From: an uncultured Bacteroidales bacterium
GTDB taxonomy: Bacteria; Bacteroidota; Bacteroidia; Bacteroidales; UBA12077
NCBI GenBank assembly: GCA_964504155.1
Contig: CAZDCZ010000001.1
Span: forward strand, 28,451-92,450
Direction: 5' to 3'
Length of the DNA: 64,000 bases
Shown here: in pieces, positions 34,503-47,414 of the stretch
Layout of the letters: every line of letters starts with the position of its first letter
Numbering within the stretch: the first letter of the stretch is position 1
Program-made: the position numbers and the translations under genes
The notes under the pieces: generated by a model
What the model was told of the DNA's origin: nothing
Databases searched by the model: none
The model's input: the letters and a program-made list of their open reading frames with translations, nothing else

Positions 34503-35762
34503 ATGAATTTCAAACACACTCTTAAATCTCTAGGTCCGGGGTTATTATGGGCAGGTGCCGCAATTGGAGTATCTCATCTTGTTCAATCAACAAGAGCCGG
34601 AGCAATGTTCGGATTTCAATTAGTTGGTATTATATTATTATTTAACCTTATTAAATATCCATTTTTCGAATTTGGACCAAGATACGCAGCATCTACAGGA
34701 GAGAGTTTATTAGATGGATATAAGCGTTTAGGGAAGTGGGCTGTTATTTTATATTTTATATTAACTATTGCAACAATGTTTACCTTACAAGCCGCAATTA
34801 CAGTTGTAACAGCCGGTTTATTCTCATATATATTTCCCGAAATATTTTCTACTTTTACGTGGACAGTTTTAATTTTACTGATAGCCTCGCTAATTATTAC
34901 AGTTGGAAAATATTCTGTCTTAGATAAAGTAATAAAATTTATTATTATAGGTTTAGCTATTTCAACTATTATAGCAGTAATATCAGCTATTACCAAAGGA
35001 TTTCATCCCAATCCTAAAAACATTAGACCTTTTGATTTTAAATTCAATAATATTGCCCTTTTACTAGCTTTTGCCGGTTGGATGCCATCTGCAATCGATA
35101 TTTCTGTTTGGCATTCTTTCTGGACAATTGCAAAATCAAAATCTACCGGATATAAACCAAAAGTAAAAGAAGCTCTTTTTGATTTTAATATTGGATATAT
35201 TGGTACTGCTATTTTATCAATTGGGTTCTTAACATTAGGAGCACTTACAATGTACGGTAGTGACGAACATTTTTCAAGTAACGGAACTATATTTGCAGGT
35301 CAATTAATTAGTTTATTCACATTAAATTTAGGTTCTTGGGCATATGTAATCATAGCTATTGCTGCCTTATCTACAATGATAAGTACAACTCTTACCTGTC
35401 TCGATGCTTATCCCAGAATACTAAAGCCTGCTACGGAATTATTAATTCCAAAATTAAAAAAGAATAATAATACAAATTGGAATTGGCTCTCATGGTCGTG
35501 GTTAGGAATATTATTATTAGGAACGATGATTATAATAAAATTCTTCTTAAATGGAATGAGTCTTTTAGTTGATTTAGCAACAACCTTATCATTTTTAACA
35601 GCACCGGTATTAGGATACTTAAATTATAAGGTTATTACCGGAAATAATGTACCTAAAAAATATCAACCAAAGCTTTGGTTAAAAATATTGTCGTGGGTAG
35701 GATTAACAATACTTAGTGCTTTTACTATCTATTACATTATTTGGAAATTATTTATTTTATAA
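34503..35762 (+). CDS. NRAMP-like divalent-metal transporter
   Basis: About 11 predicted TM segments. The N-terminal GPGLLWAGAAIGVSHLVQSTRAGA resembles the Nramp signature region. Confidence 0.6.
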   Translation: MNFKHTLKSLGPGLLWAGAAIGVSHLVQSTRAGAMFGFQLVGIILLFNLIKYPFFEFGPRYAASTGESLLDGYKRLGKWAVILYFILTIATMFTLQAAITVVTAGLFSYIFPEIFSTFTWTVLILLIASLIITVGKYSVLDKVIKFIIIGLAISTIIAVISAITKGFHPNPKNIRPFDFKFNNIALLLAFAGWMPSAIDISVWHSFWTIAKSKSTGYKPKVKEALFDFNIGYIGTAILSIGFLTLGALTMYGSDEHFSSNGTIFAGQLISLFTLNLGSWAYVIIAIAALSTMISTTLTCLDAYPRILKPATELLIPKLKKNNNTNWNWLSWSWLGILLLGTMIIIKFFLNGMSLLVDLATTLSFLTAPVLGYLNYKVITGNNVPKKYQPKLWLKILSWVGLTILSAFTIYYIIWKLFIL

Positions 35763-35777
35763 TATAACGATAAAAAA

Positions 35778-35810
35778 ATAGAGCTGTTCAGTCGAACAGC
35801 TCTATTTTTA
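35778..35810. terminator. Bidirectional rho-independent terminator
   Basis: 12-bp stem ATAGAGCTGTTC / GAACAGCTCTAT with a 4-nt loop, flanked by an A7 run and a T5 run. Confidence 0.8.
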
Positions 35811-36134
35811 TTATGCTTTAGCAGTAGGTCCCCCAAATCCAAAAGGGATAGTAGGGAGACCGCTATTTGATATTTTTATTGGCCCATTAATTTTTTCATA
35901 TTTATCTAAATTCTCTTGTAAAGCCTGCATGAATCTTTTAGCATGTTCTGGAGTCAAAATAATTCTAGACTTCACATCAGCCTTAGGCATTCCAGGCATT
36001 ACTCTAACAAAATCAATAACAAATTCGGCATGAGAATGAGTAATTACAGCTAGATTAGAATATATTCCTTGAGCAACATCTTCTTTTAAATCGATGTTAA
36101 TCTGTCCTTTATTCTTTTTATTATTATCGTCCAT
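35811..36134 (-). CDS. DUF3467-like small protein downstream of rpoC
   Basis: 107 aa with the segment GIYSNLAVITHSHAEFVIDF. This is the usual position after rpoC in Bacteroidota, as I recall. Confidence 0.55.
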   Translation of the reverse strand: MDDNNKKNKGQINIDLKEDVAQGIYSNLAVITHSHAEFVIDFVRVMPGMPKADVKSRIILTPEHAKRFMQALQENLDKYEKINGPIKISNSGLPTIPFGFGGPTAKA

Positions 36135-36156
36135 AATAAGGGTTTTATTAAATTAC

Positions 36157-39100
36157 TTAATCTTGTTTTTTAGTAGTAAGATTTTCATATTCTTCCTTCG
36201 AGCCTACAATAAGTTTATCAAAATCGCGCAAACCGGTACCTGCAGGAATTTTATGTCCAACAATTACGTTTTCCTTCAATCCTTCAAGATTATCGATTTT
36301 ACCATTAATGGCAGCTTCATTAAGAACCTTAGTTGTTTCTTGGAATGATGCAGCAGACATAAAACTTTTAGTTTGAAGAGCTGCTCTAGTAATTCCTTGT
36401 AATACTTGACTAGAAGTAGCAGGAATGGCATCTCTTGATTCAACTAATTTCTGGTCTTTACGTTTTAATACAGAATTTACATCGCGTAATTTTCTAACAG
36501 TAACAATCTGCCCAGATTTAAGCTCATTAGAATCGCCGGAATCTTCAACAATTTTCTTATCATAAATCCAATCATTCTCAGCCATAAACTCCCATTTATC
36601 AACAATTTTCTTTTCAAGGAATTTCGTATCGCCGGGATCCGCAATAATTACTTTTTTCATCATTTGACGTACAATAACTTCGAAGTGCTTATCGTTAATT
36701 TTCACACCTTGAAGTCGATATACTTCTTGTACTTCGTTAACAATATATTCCTGAACTTTTGTAGGACCTTCAATTGCAAGAATATCAGCCGGAGTGATAG
36801 CACCATCAGATAAAGGTGTTCCTGAGCGAACATAATCGCTTTCCTGAACTAATATTTGTTTTGATAATGAAACTAAATATTTTTTAATTTCACCTGTTCT
36901 TGATTTAACAATTACTTCCCTGTTTCCTCTTTTTATTTTTCCGAAAGAAACTTCTCCGTCAATCTCAGAAACAACAGCAGGATTTGATGGGTTTCGAGCT
37001 TCAAACAATTCTGTTACACGAGGTAAACCACCGGTAATATCACCAGATTTTCCAACAGCGCGAGGAATTTTAGAAATAATCATTCCTATTTCTATTTTTT
37101 TTCCTTCTTCAATATTTACATGAGCTCCAACAGGTAAGTTATAATTTTTAATAGCATCACCATTCTCATTAATTATCTGAGCTCCAGGATTTTTCTTTTT
37201 ATCTCTGGTCTCTATAATTACTTTTTCCTTAAATCCTGTTTGTTCGTCAGATTCTTCTTTGTAAGTTATTCCTTCGATTACATTTTCGAAAGCTACCGTA
37301 CCTGCTGCTTCAGAAATAATAACTGCATTATAAGGATCCCACTCACAAATTAGTGTATCTTTTTCAATTTCTTCTCCATCTTTAATATAGAGTTTTGAAC
37401 CATATTGTATATTATGATTAGCAAGAATTATGTTTGTTTTTTTATCAATAATTCTCATTTCAGCTAATCGACCAGTAACAATATTAACGAAACTTCCATC
37501 TTCTTCTTTACGTTTTACAGTACGAAGTTCGTCAAATTCTACAATACCATCATATTTTGAAATAATTTTTGAATCAGCAGCAATATTTGATGCAGTACCC
37601 CCAACGTGGAATGTTCTAAGTGTTAACTGTGTTCCCGGTTCTCCGATTGACTGTGCAGCAATTACTCCAACAGCTTCTCCTTTTTGAACCATTTTATTTC
37701 GTGCTAAGTTTCTTCCATAACATTTAGCACACACTCCTTTTTTCGTTTCACAAGTTAATACCGATCGAATTTCTACTTTTTCGATAGGAGAGTCTTCTAT
37801 TTCTTGAGCAATCTCTTCAGTAATAGATTCTCCTGAAGCAATAATTAATTCTCCACTTAAAGGATGATATACATCATGTACAGTTGTACGCCCTAGAATT
37901 CGTTCGTACAATGTTTCTACAATTTCTTCATTTTTCTTAATTGCAGTAGCCTCGAGTCCTCGAAGTGTTCCACAATCATTTTCAGTTATAATTACATCTT
38001 GCGATACATCAACCAATCTACGAGTTAGATAACCTGCATCTGCAGTTTTTAATGCAGTATCGGCCAAACCTTTTCTAGCACCGTGAGTAGAAATAAAGTA
38101 TTCTAGAACTGATAATCCCTCTTTAAAGTTAGATAGGATAGGATTTTCAATAATTTCAGATCCCGCATTTCCTGATTTTTGTGGTTTTGCCATCAGTCCT
38201 CTCATACCTGACAACTGACGAATCTGTTCTTTCGAACCACGAGCCCCAGAATCAAGCATCATAAATACAGAATTAAACCCTTCATTATCATTTGTAAGAG
38301 TGTTCATCAATGTATTAGTAAGTTTGGCATTAATATGTGTCCAAATATCAATTATTTGGTTATAACGTTCATTATTAGTAATGAATCCCATATTATAATT
38401 ATTCATTACTTCATCAACTTGGTTAAAACCATCTTTTACTAATTCTTCTTTTTCTTTAGGAATAATTACATCATCGAGATTAAAAGACAAGCCACCTCTA
38501 AAGGCCATTTTATATCCTAAACTCTTAATATCATCTAAGAAATTAGCTGTAGCGGCGATACCTGTAGCTTTTAAAACTACACCAATAATATCTCTTAAAG
38601 CTTTCTTTGTAAGTAACTGATTAATATAGCCAACTTCTTTTGGCACAAATTCATTAAACATGACACGACCAACGGTAGTTTCAACCATATGATTTACATA
38701 CTTACCATCAACAACATCGTCAACTTTTACTTGTATTCTAGCATGAATATCAACAGCACCCTCGTTATAAGCAATATTAACTTCTTCGGGCGAATAGAAT
38801 TTTAATCCTGTTCCTTTAACTCCATCTCGAGGTTTAGTAATATAATATAATCCTAAAACCATATCCTGAGAAGGCACAGTTACCGGTGATCCATTAGCGG
38901 GATTCAGAATATTATGAGATGCAAGCATTAACATTTGAGCTTCTAGAACTGCGGCATTTCCTAATGGTAAATGTACAGCCATTTGGTCTCCATCAAAGTC
39001 AGCATTAAAAGCAGCACATGCTAATGGAGGTAATTGAATTGCTTTTCCTTCGATTAATTTTGGTTGAAAAGCCTGAATACCCAACCTATGTAATGTTGGT

Positions 39101-40413
39101 GCACGGTTAAGTAATAACGGATGTCCTTTCAGTACATTTTCTAAGATATCCCAAACAATTGGATCTTTACGATCAACTATTTTTTTAGCAGACTTAACAG
39201 TTTTTACTATACCTCTCTCAATTAATTTTCTAATTACAAAAGGCTTATATAACTCTGCAGCCATTCCTTTAGGAATACCACATTCATGCATTTTTAATTC
39301 CGGACCAACAACAATAACTGAACGCGCAGAATAATCGACACGTTTACCTAATAAATTTTGTCTAAAACGACCTTGTTTTCCTTTTAAGCTATCGCTTAAT
39401 GATTTTAAAGCTCTATTAGAATCGGTTTTTACTGCGCTCGATTTTCTTGAATTATCAAATAAAGAATCTACAGATTCCTGAAGCATTCTTTTCTCGTTAC
39501 GCAAAATAACTTCTGGAGCCTTTATCTCAATTAATCGTTTTAATCTATTATTTCTGATAATAACTCTTCTATATAAATCGTTAAGATCTGAAGTAGCAAA
39601 CCGGCCACCATCAAGAGGAACTAAAGGACGTAATTCCGGAGGAATTACAGGAACAACCTTAACTATCATCCACTCGGGACGATTAATATCTTTCGATGCT
39701 CTAAAAGCTTCAACAACTTGTAGTCTTTTTAAAGCTTCATTCTTTCTTTGTTGAGATGTTTCAGTATTTGCCTTATGACGAAGTGAATATGATAACTCAT
39801 CTAATTCTATTCTTTCCAACAATTTAAAAAGAGCATCTGCTCCCATATCTGCTATGAATTTATTAGGATCATTATCGTCAAGATATTGATTATCTTTTGG
39901 TAAAGTTTCAAGAATATCAAGATATTCTTCTTCGGTAATGAAATCAAGATATTTAATACCATCTTCGGCTTTAATACCAGGATTAATAACAACATATCGT
40001 TCGTAATAAATTATTGTATCAAGCTTCTTTGTAGGAAGCCCAAGTAAATATCCAATTTTATTAGGAAGCGATTTAAAATACCAAATATGTGCAACAGGGA
40101 CAACAAGAGAGATATGTCCCATTCTCTCACGACGCACTTTTTTCTCTGTTACTTCAACTCCACATCTATCGCAAACAATACCTTTATATCTAATTCTTTT
40201 GTATTTGCCGCAATGACACTCATAATCTTTTACTGGTCCGAAGATACGCTCACAAAATAAACCATCTCTTTCGGGCTTATATGTTCTATAATTAATAGTC
40301 TCGGGTTTAAGTACTTCTCCGCTAGAACGCTCTAGGATTTCTTCTGGTGAAGCTAAACCGATAGAGATTTTTGTAAAATTGTTCTTTACCTTATTATCTC
40401 TTCTGAATGACAT
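36157..40413 (-). CDS. rpoC: DNA-directed RNA polymerase beta-prime subunit
   Basis: [12 protein letters not shown] catalytic motif and a zinc-binding CHCGKY..CDRCG segment. I place the start at the internal Met MSFRRDNK (track start 40440). Confidence 0.97.
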   Translation of the reverse strand: MSFRRDNKVKNNFTKISIGLASPEEILERSSGEVLKPETINYRTYKPERDGLFCERIFGPVKDYECHCGKYKRIRYKGIVCDRCGVEVTEKKVRRERMGHISLVVPVAHIWYFKSLPNKIGYLLGLPTKKLDTIIYYERYVVINPGIKAEDGIKYLDFITEEEYLDILETLPKDNQYLDDNDPNKFIADMGADALFKLLERIELDELSYSLRHKANTETSQQRKNEALKRLQVVEAFRASKDINRPEWMIVKVVPVIPPELRPLVPLDGGRFATSDLNDLYRRVIIRNNRLKRLIEIKAPEVILRNEKRMLQESVDSLFDNSRKSSAVKTDSNRALKSLSDSLKGKQGRFRQNLLGKRVDYSARSVIVVGPELKMHECGIPKGMAAELYKPFVIRKLIERGIVKTVKSAKKIVDRKDPIVWDILENVLKGHPLLLNRAPTLHRLGIQAFQPKLIEGKAIQLPPLACAAFNADFDGDQMAVHLPLGNAAVLEAQMLMLASHNILNPANGSPVTVPSQDMVLGLYYITKPRDGVKGTGLKFYSPEEVNIAYNEGAVDIHARIQVKVDDVVDGKYVNHMVETTVGRVMFNEFVPKEVGYINQLLTKKALRDIIGVVLKATGIAATANFLDDIKSLGYKMAFRGGLSFNLDDVIIPKEKEELVKDGFNQVDEVMNNYNMGFITNNERYNQIIDIWTHINAKLTNTLMNTLTNDNEGFNSVFMMLDSGARGSKEQIRQLSGMRGLMAKPQKSGNAGSEIIENPILSNFKEGLSVLEYFISTHGARKGLADTALKTADAGYLTRRLVDVSQDVIITENDCGTLRGLEATAIKKNEEIVETLYERILGRTTVHDVYHPLSGELIIASGESITEEIAQEIEDSPIEKVEIRSVLTCETKKGVCAKCYGRNLARNKMVQKGEAVGVIAAQSIGEPGTQLTLRTFHVGGTASNIAADSKIISKYDGIVEFDELRTVKRKEEDGSFVNIVTGRLAEMRIIDKKTNIILANHNIQYGSKLYIKDGEEIEKDTLICEWDPYNAVIISEAAGTVAFENVIEGITYKEESDEQTGFKEKVIIETRDKKKNPGAQIINENGDAIKNYNLPVGAHVNIEEGKKIEIGMIISKIPRAVGKSGDITGGLPRVTELFEARNPSNPAVVSEIDGEVSFGKIKRGNREVIVKSRTGEIKKYLVSLSKQILVQESDYVRSGTPLSDGAITPADILAIEGPTKVQEYIVNEVQEVYRLQGVKINDKHFEVIVRQMMKKVIIADPGDTKFLEKKIVDKWEFMAENDWIYDKKIVEDSGDSNELKSGQIVTVRKLRDVNSVLKRKDQKLVESRDAIPATSSQVLQGITRAALQTKSFMSAASFQETTKVLNEAAINGKIDNLEGLKENVIVGHKIPAGTGLRDFDKLIVGSKEEYENLTTKKQD

Positions 40414-40450
40414 ATATATAATATTAAATGGATAAAACAAAAATAATAAT

Positions 40451-40479
40451 AGAATGTTGGGGCCTTATCCCAACATTCT
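40451..40479 (-). other. 11-bp stem-loop in the rpoB-rpoC intergenic spacer
   Basis: AGAATGTTGGG / CCCAACATTCT stem with a 7-nt loop. Confidence 0.5.
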
Positions 40480-40491
40480 TAATAATACAGA

Positions 40492-43400
40492 TTATTGAAG
40501 ATTTATACTTAATCCTAAACCTCTTAATTCATGTAACAATACATTTAGAGATTCCGGTATTCCCGGAGTAGGCATATTTTCTCCTTTAACAATAGCTTCA
40601 TAGGCTTTAGCCCTTCCATTAACATCATCAGACTTAATGGTAAGGATTTCTTGCAGTATATTAGATGCTCCGAACGCTTCGAGAGCCCAAACTTCCATTT
40701 CTCCAAAACGCTGACCTCCAAATTGAGCTTTACCACCTAAAGGTTGCTGAGTGATTAATGAATATGGTCCAATAGATCTAGCATGCATTTTATCTTCAAC
40801 CATATGCCCTAATTTTAGCATATAAATTATTCCTACAGTTGCAGGTTGATCAAATTTCACACCTGTTCCACCATCAAACAAGACAGTTTTTCCATATTCA
40901 GGAACACCTGCTTTTCTAGTATATTCATTAATTTGTTCAAGAGATGCACCATCAAAAATAGGAGTAGAAAATTTCAAACCTAATTCTTTACCTGCCCATC
41001 CTAAAACAGATTCGTATATCTGCCCTAGATTCATCCTTGAAGGCACTCCTAAAGGATTTAAAACAATATCAACAGGAGTTCCGTCTTCTAGAAATGGCAT
41101 ATCTGCAGCTCTTACAATTCTAGCTACAATACCTTTATTCCCATGTCGTCCGGCCATTTTATCACCTACAGTAATTTTCCTTTTTTTCGCAATATAAACT
41201 TTTGCCATTTGGATAATTCCTGCTGGTAATTCATCTCCAATAGTAATATTATATTTTTTTCTTCTTAATTTTGAATCTAATTCTTTCCTCAAAATGTAAT
41301 TATTATGCAATAACTGCTTAATAATTTCATTCTTTTTCTTATCGGTTGTCCATTTACTTCCTGCAATATTATCGTAATCAAGTTCTTGCAATATTTTTAA
41401 AGTAAATTTCGTACCTTTCGGAATAAGATCTATACCCAAGAAATCTTTAACACCTTGAGAAGTTTTTCCATTAACAAGAATAAATAATTTATCAACTAAT
41501 CTATCTATTAATTGTTGAGTTTTTAATCCAAATTCATTTTCAATTCTCTCAATTTCAATCTTGTCGGAATTTCTCCCTTTTTTATCTTTTACAGAACGAG
41601 AAAATAATTTTTTATTAACAACTACACCTTTTAATGACGGAGATGCTTTAAGAGATGCATCTTTTACATCGCCTGCTTTATCTCCAAAGATTGCTCTCAA
41701 TAATTTTTCTTCAGGTGATGGATCAGATTCGCCTTTTGGAGTAATCTTTCCAATTAATATATCTCCAGGTTTTACATGAGCTCCAATTCTAATAAGCCCA
41801 TTCTCATCAAGATTTTTTGTTGCTTCTTCGCTAACATTCGGGATATCGGCTGTTAATTCTTCAACACCTCTTTTTGTATCTCTTACTTGTAAGACATACT
41901 CATCTATATGAATTGATGTAAACTTATCGTTTTTAACAACATCTTCAGAAAGCACAATTGCATCTTCAAAATTATAACCTTTCCAAGGCATAAAGGCAAC
42001 TTTCAGATTTCGTCCTAAGGCTAATTCCCCATTATCGGTTCCATAACCATCGGTAAGAATCTGATTATCAACTACATTATCGCCTTTCTTAATAATAGGC
42101 TTTAAATTTATTGTTGTATTTTGATTTGTTTTAGCAAATTTTGGGATTTTATATCGTTTAATATCATCTTCAAAACTTATAAATTTATCTTCTTCAGATC
42201 TGTTATATCTAATAATTATCTCTTCAGCATCAACATATTCAACAATACCTTCGCCTTCGGCAACAATTTGATTTCTAGCATCTTGAACAATATTTTTTTC
42301 AAGTCCGGTACCTACAAAAGGAGCTTCAGGTTGCATTATTGGCACAGCCTGGCGCATCATATTTGATCCCATTAAGGCACGGTTCGCATCATCATGTTCT
42401 AAAAATGGTATTAATGATGCGGCAATAGATGCAATTTGATTTGGAGCTACGTCCATTAATTCAACAGTATTGACATCGGCAAATGGGAAATCTCCATCAT
42501 GACGAGATTTCACTTTATCATTTAAAAATGCACCTTCTTCGCTAATAGGAGCATTAGCCTGAGCAATTATCTTTTTTTCTTCTTCTTCAGCACTTAAATA
42601 AATAACACCTTGATTTGTTAAATCAACATTCCCTTTATCAACTTTTCTATAAGGAGTTTCTATAAATCCAAGATTATTTATTTTAGCATACACACATAAC
42701 GAAGAAATAAGACCAATATTCGGACCCTCAGGTGTTTCAATAGGACAAAGTCTTCCATAATGAGTATAGTGAACATCTCTTACCTCGAAACCTGCACGTT
42801 CTCTAGACAAACCACCAGGTCCAAGAGCAGATAAACGTCGTTTATGAGTCATTTCTCCTAATGGATTTGTTTGATCCATAAATTGAGATAACTGATTTGT
42901 TCCAAAGAAAGAATTGATTACTGATGATAACGTTTTTGAATTAATTAAATCAATAGGAGTAAAAACTTCGTTATCGCGAACATTCATTCTTTCACGAATA
43001 GTTCGAGCCATACGAGCTAAACCAACACCAAATTGATTTGACAATTGTTCTCCTACAGTTCTTACACGTCTATTACTCAAATGATCAATATCATCAACAT
43101 TTGTTTTTGAATTAATTAATTCAATTAAATATTTTATTATTTGAATAATATCGTCTTTAGTAAGAACTTTAGTATCTATATTGGTATTAAGATTTAATTT
43201 TTTATTTATTCTATATCTTCCTACTTCACCAAGATCGTATCTTTTATCTGAAAAGAATAACTTATCAATAACATCTCTAGCAGTAGATTCGTCAGGTGGT
43301 TCAGAATTTCTTAATTGTCTATATATATGTAAAACGGCTTCTTTTTCAGAATTACATGGGTCCTTATGCAAGGTATTATAAATAATAGCATAATCGGAGA

Positions 43401-44307
43401 TATTTTGTCCTTCTTTATGCAGTAAAATGGTTTTACTACCAGAATCAACAATCTCTTCGATATGTTCTGCTTCAATAACAGTTTCTCTATCTATAACTAC
43501 TTCATTACGTTCAATAGACACAACTTCTCCGGTATCTTCATCAACGAAATCTTCAATCCACGATTTTAAAACTCTAGCAGCGAGTTTTCTTCCGACAATT
43601 TTTTTAAGTCCTGTTTTAGAAACTTTAATTTCGTCGGCAAGGTCAAAAATCTCTAAGATATCTTTATCACTTTCGTAACCAATAGCACGTAACAACGTGG
43701 TTACAGGCAATTTTTTCTTACGATCTATATAAGCATACATGACATTATTTATGTCGGTAGCAAATTCAATCCATGATCCTCTGAAAGGTATTATTCTTGC
43801 AGAGTATAATTTTGTTCCATTAGCATGCAAACTTTGTCCAAAAAATACGCCAGGAGAACGGTGTAACTGAGACACAACAACTCTTTCGGCTCCATTAATA
43901 ACAAAAGTTCCTCTTTTGGTCATATATGGTACAGTACCTAAATAAACATCTTGAATAACAGTATCAAAATCTTCATGTTCAGGATCGGTACAATATAACT
44001 TTAGTTTTGCTTTTAATGGCACACTATAAGTTAATCCTCTTTCAATACATTCATCAATAGAATATCTGGGAGGGTCAACATAATAATCAATAAATTCTAA
44101 AACAAAATTATTTCTAGTATCAGTAATTGGAAAGTTCTCGCTAAAAACTTTATATAATCCTTCGTATTTTCTATCTTCAGGAGCACTGTTTAATTGAAAA
44201 AAATCTCTAAATGCTTTCAATTGAATTTCCAGAAAATCTGGATATTTGTGCCTGTTCTTTATTTCTGCGAAACTTATTCTTTGTGTAGTAGTATTATTTG
44301 AAGACAT
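40492..44307 (-). CDS. rpoB: DNA-directed RNA polymerase beta subunit
   Basis: Typical RpoB segments (GRHGNKG, NMQRQAVP-like MMRQAVP). I place the start at [13 protein letters not shown] (track start 44331). Confidence 0.97.
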   Translation of the reverse strand: MSSNNTTTQRISFAEIKNRHKYPDFLEIQLKAFRDFFQLNSAPEDRKYEGLYKVFSENFPITDTRNNFVLEFIDYYVDPPRYSIDECIERGLTYSVPLKAKLKLYCTDPEHEDFDTVIQDVYLGTVPYMTKRGTFVINGAERVVVSQLHRSPGVFFGQSLHANGTKLYSARIIPFRGSWIEFATDINNVMYAYIDRKKKLPVTTLLRAIGYESDKDILEIFDLADEIKVSKTGLKKIVGRKLAARVLKSWIEDFVDEDTGEVVSIERNEVVIDRETVIEAEHIEEIVDSGSKTILLHKEGQNISDYAIIYNTLHKDPCNSEKEAVLHIYRQLRNSEPPDESTARDVIDKLFFSDKRYDLGEVGRYRINKKLNLNTNIDTKVLTKDDIIQIIKYLIELINSKTNVDDIDHLSNRRVRTVGEQLSNQFGVGLARMARTIRERMNVRDNEVFTPIDLINSKTLSSVINSFFGTNQLSQFMDQTNPLGEMTHKRRLSALGPGGLSRERAGFEVRDVHYTHYGRLCPIETPEGPNIGLISSLCVYAKINNLGFIETPYRKVDKGNVDLTNQGVIYLSAEEEEKKIIAQANAPISEEGAFLNDKVKSRHDGDFPFADVNTVELMDVAPNQIASIAASLIPFLEHDDANRALMGSNMMRQAVPIMQPEAPFVGTGLEKNIVQDARNQIVAEGEGIVEYVDAEEIIIRYNRSEEDKFISFEDDIKRYKIPKFAKTNQNTTINLKPIIKKGDNVVDNQILTDGYGTDNGELALGRNLKVAFMPWKGYNFEDAIVLSEDVVKNDKFTSIHIDEYVLQVRDTKRGVEELTADIPNVSEEATKNLDENGLIRIGAHVKPGDILIGKITPKGESDPSPEEKLLRAIFGDKAGDVKDASLKASPSLKGVVVNKKLFSRSVKDKKGRNSDKIEIERIENEFGLKTQQLIDRLVDKLFILVNGKTSQGVKDFLGIDLIPKGTKFTLKILQELDYDNIAGSKWTTDKKKNEIIKQLLHNNYILRKELDSKLRRKKYNITIGDELPAGIIQMAKVYIAKKRKITVGDKMAGRHGNKGIVARIVRAADMPFLEDGTPVDIVLNPLGVPSRMNLGQIYESVLGWAGKELGLKFSTPIFDGASLEQINEYTRKAGVPEYGKTVLFDGGTGVKFDQPATVGIIYMLKLGHMVEDKMHARSIGPYSLITQQPLGGKAQFGGQRFGEMEVWALEAFGASNILQEILTIKSDDVNGRAKAYEAIVKGENMPTPGIPESLNVLLHELRGLGLSINLQ

Positions 44308-44353
44308 TTTTATAAGATTAATTGAACTCAAACTATAAATATTACAAAAAGGC

Positions 44354-44379
44354 TTAGGATTCTTTGTAAAGAATCCTAA
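44354..44379 (-). terminator. rplL-rpoB intergenic hairpin (attenuator-like)
   Basis: TTAGGATTCTTT / AAAGAATCCTAA inverted repeat, followed on the minus strand by GCCTTTTTGT. Confidence 0.55.
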
Positions 44380-44408
44380 ACCTAGATAATCAGTATGTTA
44401 ATAAACTA

Positions 44409-44780
44409 TTATTTAAGTTCAACTTCTGCTCCTGCCTCTTCAAGTTGTTTTTTAAGACCTTCAGCTTCTTCTTTAGAAACACCTTCTTTAATTGCTTTTG
44501 GAGCTTCATCAACAACAGCTTTAGCTTCTTTAAGACCTAAACCAGTTAATTCTTTCACTAATTTTACAATTTGTAATTTTGCTCCACCTGCTGCTTTTAA
44601 GATAACATCAAATTCTGTTTTTTCTTCTTCAGCTTCTCCACCTGCTGCAGGACCTACAACAGCAACAGCAGCAGCTGCTGGTTCTATACCATATTCTTCT
44701 TTAAGGATATTTGCTAGCTCATTTACATCTTTTACAGTTAAGTTAACTAACTCTTCTGCAACCGCTTTTAAATCTGCCAT
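44409..44780 (-). CDS. rplL: Ribosomal protein L7/L12
   Basis: Ala/Glu-rich hinge and the C-terminal [15 protein letters not shown]. Confidence 0.97.
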   Translation of the reverse strand: MADLKAVAEELVNLTVKDVNELANILKEEYGIEPAAAAVAVVGPAAGGEAEEEKTEFDVILKAAGGAKLQIVKLVKELTGLGLKEAKAVVDEAPKAIKEGVSKEEAEGLKKQLEEAGAEVELK

Positions 44781-44818
44781 TTTCTTATTTTTTTAATTTA
44801 ATTTTACTAATTATTTTT

Positions 44819-45340
44819 TTATTCACTTTTTTCTGATAGTGTTTCTAAAACACCTGTTAATATCTTATTTCCTGATTTTAATGCAGAAATAACATTGTTC
44901 ATAGGAGATTGTAACAATGTAACAATATCTCCAATAAGTTCTTCTTTAGATTTAATATTGCTTAATGTCTCAAGTTGATCTTCGCCGACATAAATTGCTT
45001 CTTCAACAAAAGCACCTTTTAAAATAGGTTTTCCATGCTCTTTATTAAAATCTTTTATTAATCTAGCAGGTACATTCCCTACTTCTGCAAACATTAATGC
45101 AGTAGGTCCAGTAAGAACATCATACAATTCTTCTACTTCTAAATTAGATTGCTTTAATGCTCTTTTTAAAAGAGTATTTTTAACAACCATTAGTTTTACT
45201 TGCTTTTTATTGCATTTTCTTCTAAGATCGGTTGTTGCAGCAGCATCTAATCCACTGGCATCGGTAATGTATAAATGATTAACATTATTTAATTCTTCTA
45301 CCAGATTGTTTATTATACTATCTTTTTCTTCGCGTTTCAT
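44819..45340 (-). CDS. rplJ: Ribosomal protein L10
   Basis: Position between rplA and rplL, with an L10-like sequence. Confidence 0.93.
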   Translation of the reverse strand: MKREEKDSIINNLVEELNNVNHLYITDASGLDAAATTDLRRKCNKKQVKLMVVKNTLLKRALKQSNLEVEELYDVLTGPTALMFAEVGNVPARLIKDFNKEHGKPILKGAFVEEAIYVGEDQLETLSNIKSKEELIGDIVTLLQSPMNNVISALKSGNKILTGVLETLSEKSE

Positions 45341-45360
45341 TGCTGTTGAATCTTAAATTA

Positions 45361-46080
45361 TTATTCTTCAATAGCCTTAGCAATATTTTTACTAATAGAC
45401 TTTGGATCGATTTTAATTCCAGGACTCATAGTACTCGACATGAATACACTTTTAATATAAGTTCCTTTAGCAGCAGTAGGTTTAAGTTTATTAATAGTGT
45501 TAATAAACTCAATTGAATTATCTACAATTTTTTTAGCATCGAAAGATACTTTTCCTATTGAAGAATGTACAATTCCAAACTTATCTACTTTAAAATCAAT
45601 CTTCCCTTTTTTTACTTCTTCTACTGCTTTACCTACTTCCATGGTAACTGTTCCTACTTTAGGATTAGGCATAAGTCCTCGAGGTCCTAAAATTCGACCT
45701 AAAGGTCCAATTTTTCCCATTACAGGGGGCATAGTGATAATAACATCAATATCAGTCCAACCTCCTTTAATTTTTTCGATATACTCATCTAATCCTACAA
45801 AATCGGCACCGGCAGATTTTGCTTCTTCCTCCTTATCGGGAGTACAAAGAACAAGAACTTTAACTTCTTTACCAGTTCCATGAGGTAATGTAACGACTCC
45901 ACGTACCATTTGGTTAGATTTTTTAGGATCTATACCAAGACGTACATTAAGGTCAACAGAAGCGTCAAATTTTGTTAAAGATATTTTCTTAACAAGTTCG
46001 GCAGCATCATCAAGGGAATATTCTTTATCCCTTTCGACCATTTCTAGAGTTTTTTTCTTATTTTTTGTTAGTCTTGTCAT
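45361..46080 (-). CDS. rplA: Ribosomal protein L1
   Basis: [14 protein letters not shown] motif. I place the start at the internal Met [10 protein letters not shown], which avoids overlap with rplK (track start 46110). Confidence 0.95.
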   Translation of the reverse strand: MTRLTKNKKKTLEMVERDKEYSLDDAAELVKKISLTKFDASVDLNVRLGIDPKKSNQMVRGVVTLPHGTGKEVKVLVLCTPDKEEEAKSAGADFVGLDEYIEKIKGGWTDIDVIITMPPVMGKIGPLGRILGPRGLMPNPKVGTVTMEVGKAVEEVKKGKIDFKVDKFGIVHSSIGKVSFDAKKIVDNSIEFINTINKLKPTAAKGTYIKSVFMSSTMSPGIKIDPKSISKNIAKAIEE

Positions 46081-46099
46081 AACAACTTTTTCGAAATTA

Positions 46100-46546
46100 T
46101 TATTTATCAATTTCTGGGAAGTTTCCTTTTATTGTAATTCCCATACTACGGGCAGTACCTGCAACCATTCTCATTGCCGATTCAATTTTAAAACAGTTTA
46201 AATCAACCATTTTATCTTCTGCTATTGCTTTTACTTGTTCCCAAGTTATTTTTGCAACTTTACTTTTATTAGGCTCAGCTGAACCTGATTTTAATTTAGC
46301 AGTTTCTAATAATTGAACAGCAACAGGAGGTGTTTTGGTAACAAAATCAAATGATTTATCACTATACACTGTAATAATAACAGGTATTACTTTACCCATT
46401 TTTTCTTGTGTACGTGAATTAAATTGTTTACAAAACTCCATTATATTCACACCTTTAGCACCAAGTGCTGGTCCTACCGGTGGAGATGGATTTGCTTGTC
46501 CGCCTCTGATTTGTAATTTAATTAATCCTGCAACTTCTTTTGCCAT
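46100..46546 (-). CDS. rplK: Ribosomal protein L11
   Basis: [17 protein letters not shown] motif. Confidence 0.97.
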   Translation of the reverse strand: MAKEVAGLIKLQIRGGQANPSPPVGPALGAKGVNIMEFCKQFNSRTQEKMGKVIPVIITVYSDKSFDFVTKTPPVAVQLLETAKLKSGSAEPNKSKVAKITWEQVKAIAEDKMVDLNCFKIESAMRMVAGTARSMGITIKGNFPEIDK

Positions 46547-46565
46547 AATCTAATGAATTCTAAAT

Positions 46566-47111
46566 TTATTCTTTTTCAACTTGCATAAAGCTCAATTCTA
46601 ATGGGGTCTTTCTACCGAAAATTTTAACCATTACTTTTAATTTCTTCTTTTCTTCGTTAACATTTTCGACAACTCCATTAAAACCATTAAATGGGCCATC
46701 AATTACTTTAACATTTTCCCCAACAAAATACGGGATATTCATCTCTTCGCTACCTTCAGCTAGTTCATCAACTTTACCAAGAATTCTATTTACCTCAGAA
46801 TTTCTAAGTGGGGTAAACTTATCTCCATCTGTCTCAAGAAAGCCAATAACATTAGAAATATTTGTTAAAATATGAGGTATTTCCCCAACAAGATTAGCTT
46901 CAATTAGAATGTAACCGGGAAAGAAATTTCGTTCTTTACTAATTTTCTTTCCATCTCTAATCTGGTAAATTTTTTCAGTAGGAATCAATACCTGAGAAAT
47001 AAAATCTTCAAGATTCAATCTTGCAATTTCATTTTCTATATATTCCTTAACTTTCTTTTCTTTACCACCAATTGCTCGAAGTACATACCACTTCTTTTCA
47101 TTTACTCCCAT
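46566..47111 (-). CDS. nusG: Transcription termination/antitermination factor NusG
   Basis: KWYVLRA..FPGYILIE.. plus a C-terminal KOW segment. Confidence 0.95.
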   Translation of the reverse strand: MGVNEKKWYVLRAIGGKEKKVKEYIENEIARLNLEDFISQVLIPTEKIYQIRDGKKISKERNFFPGYILIEANLVGEIPHILTNISNVIGFLETDGDKFTPLRNSEVNRILGKVDELAEGSEEMNIPYFVGENVKVIDGPFNGFNGVVENVNEEKKKLKVMVKIFGRKTPLELSFMQVEKE

Positions 47112-47126
47112 TATTTCAATTTTGTT

Positions 47127-47318
47127 TTAATAAAACATCCCATAAATGAGATCCATCAAATTTTGAAAACTATAGTCCATAACAAAGACTATAAGTGCTA
47201 TTATTAAGGAAGCAACCATTACTACTATTGCACTATTTTGTAAATCTGGCCATGTAGGCCAAGACACTTTATGTATTAATTCTCTAAATGCCTCTTGAAA
47301 ATATAATTTAATTTTCAT
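47127..47318 (-). CDS. secE: Preprotein translocase subunit SecE
   Basis: Small single-TM protein containing ELIHKVSWPTW. The track start at 47339 would overlap tRNA-Trp, so I use the Met at 47318. Confidence 0.85.
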   Translation of the reverse strand: MKIKLYFQEAFRELIHKVSWPTWPDLQNSAIVVMVASLIIALIVFVMDYSFQNLMDLIYGMFY

Positions 47319-47336
47319 AATTTTATAAATAATTAG

Positions 47337-47409
47337 CACGGGTGGTAAGGATCGAACTCACGACCTTTGGTTTTGGAGACCACTGCTCTACCAGCTGAGC
47401 TACACCCGT
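47337..47409 (-). tRNA. tRNA-Trp (anticodon CCA)
   Basis: Hand-folded cloverleaf: acceptor ACGGGTG/CACCCGT, anticodon loop CTCCAAA, T-loop GTTCGATC. Confidence 0.9.
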
Positions 47410-47414
47410 AATTA

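Noticed and set aside
44395-44796. 133-aa plus-strand ORF rich in Ala, Ser and Thr.
   Set aside because: It is exactly antisense to rplL. Its composition mirrors the Ala/Glu/Lys-rich L7/L12 gene, so it is a shadow ORF.
47319-47339. The long form of secE starts inside tRNA-Trp. Similar N-terminal extensions appear on hydC paralog 1 (3892-3933), rpsU (50624-50692), rplA (46081-46110), rpoC (40414-40440) and rpoB (44308-44331).
   Set aside because: The extensions overlap a tRNA, a promoter box or a neighbouring gene, and they are hydrophobic or AT-codon junk. The internal Met starts match the known N-termini of these families.
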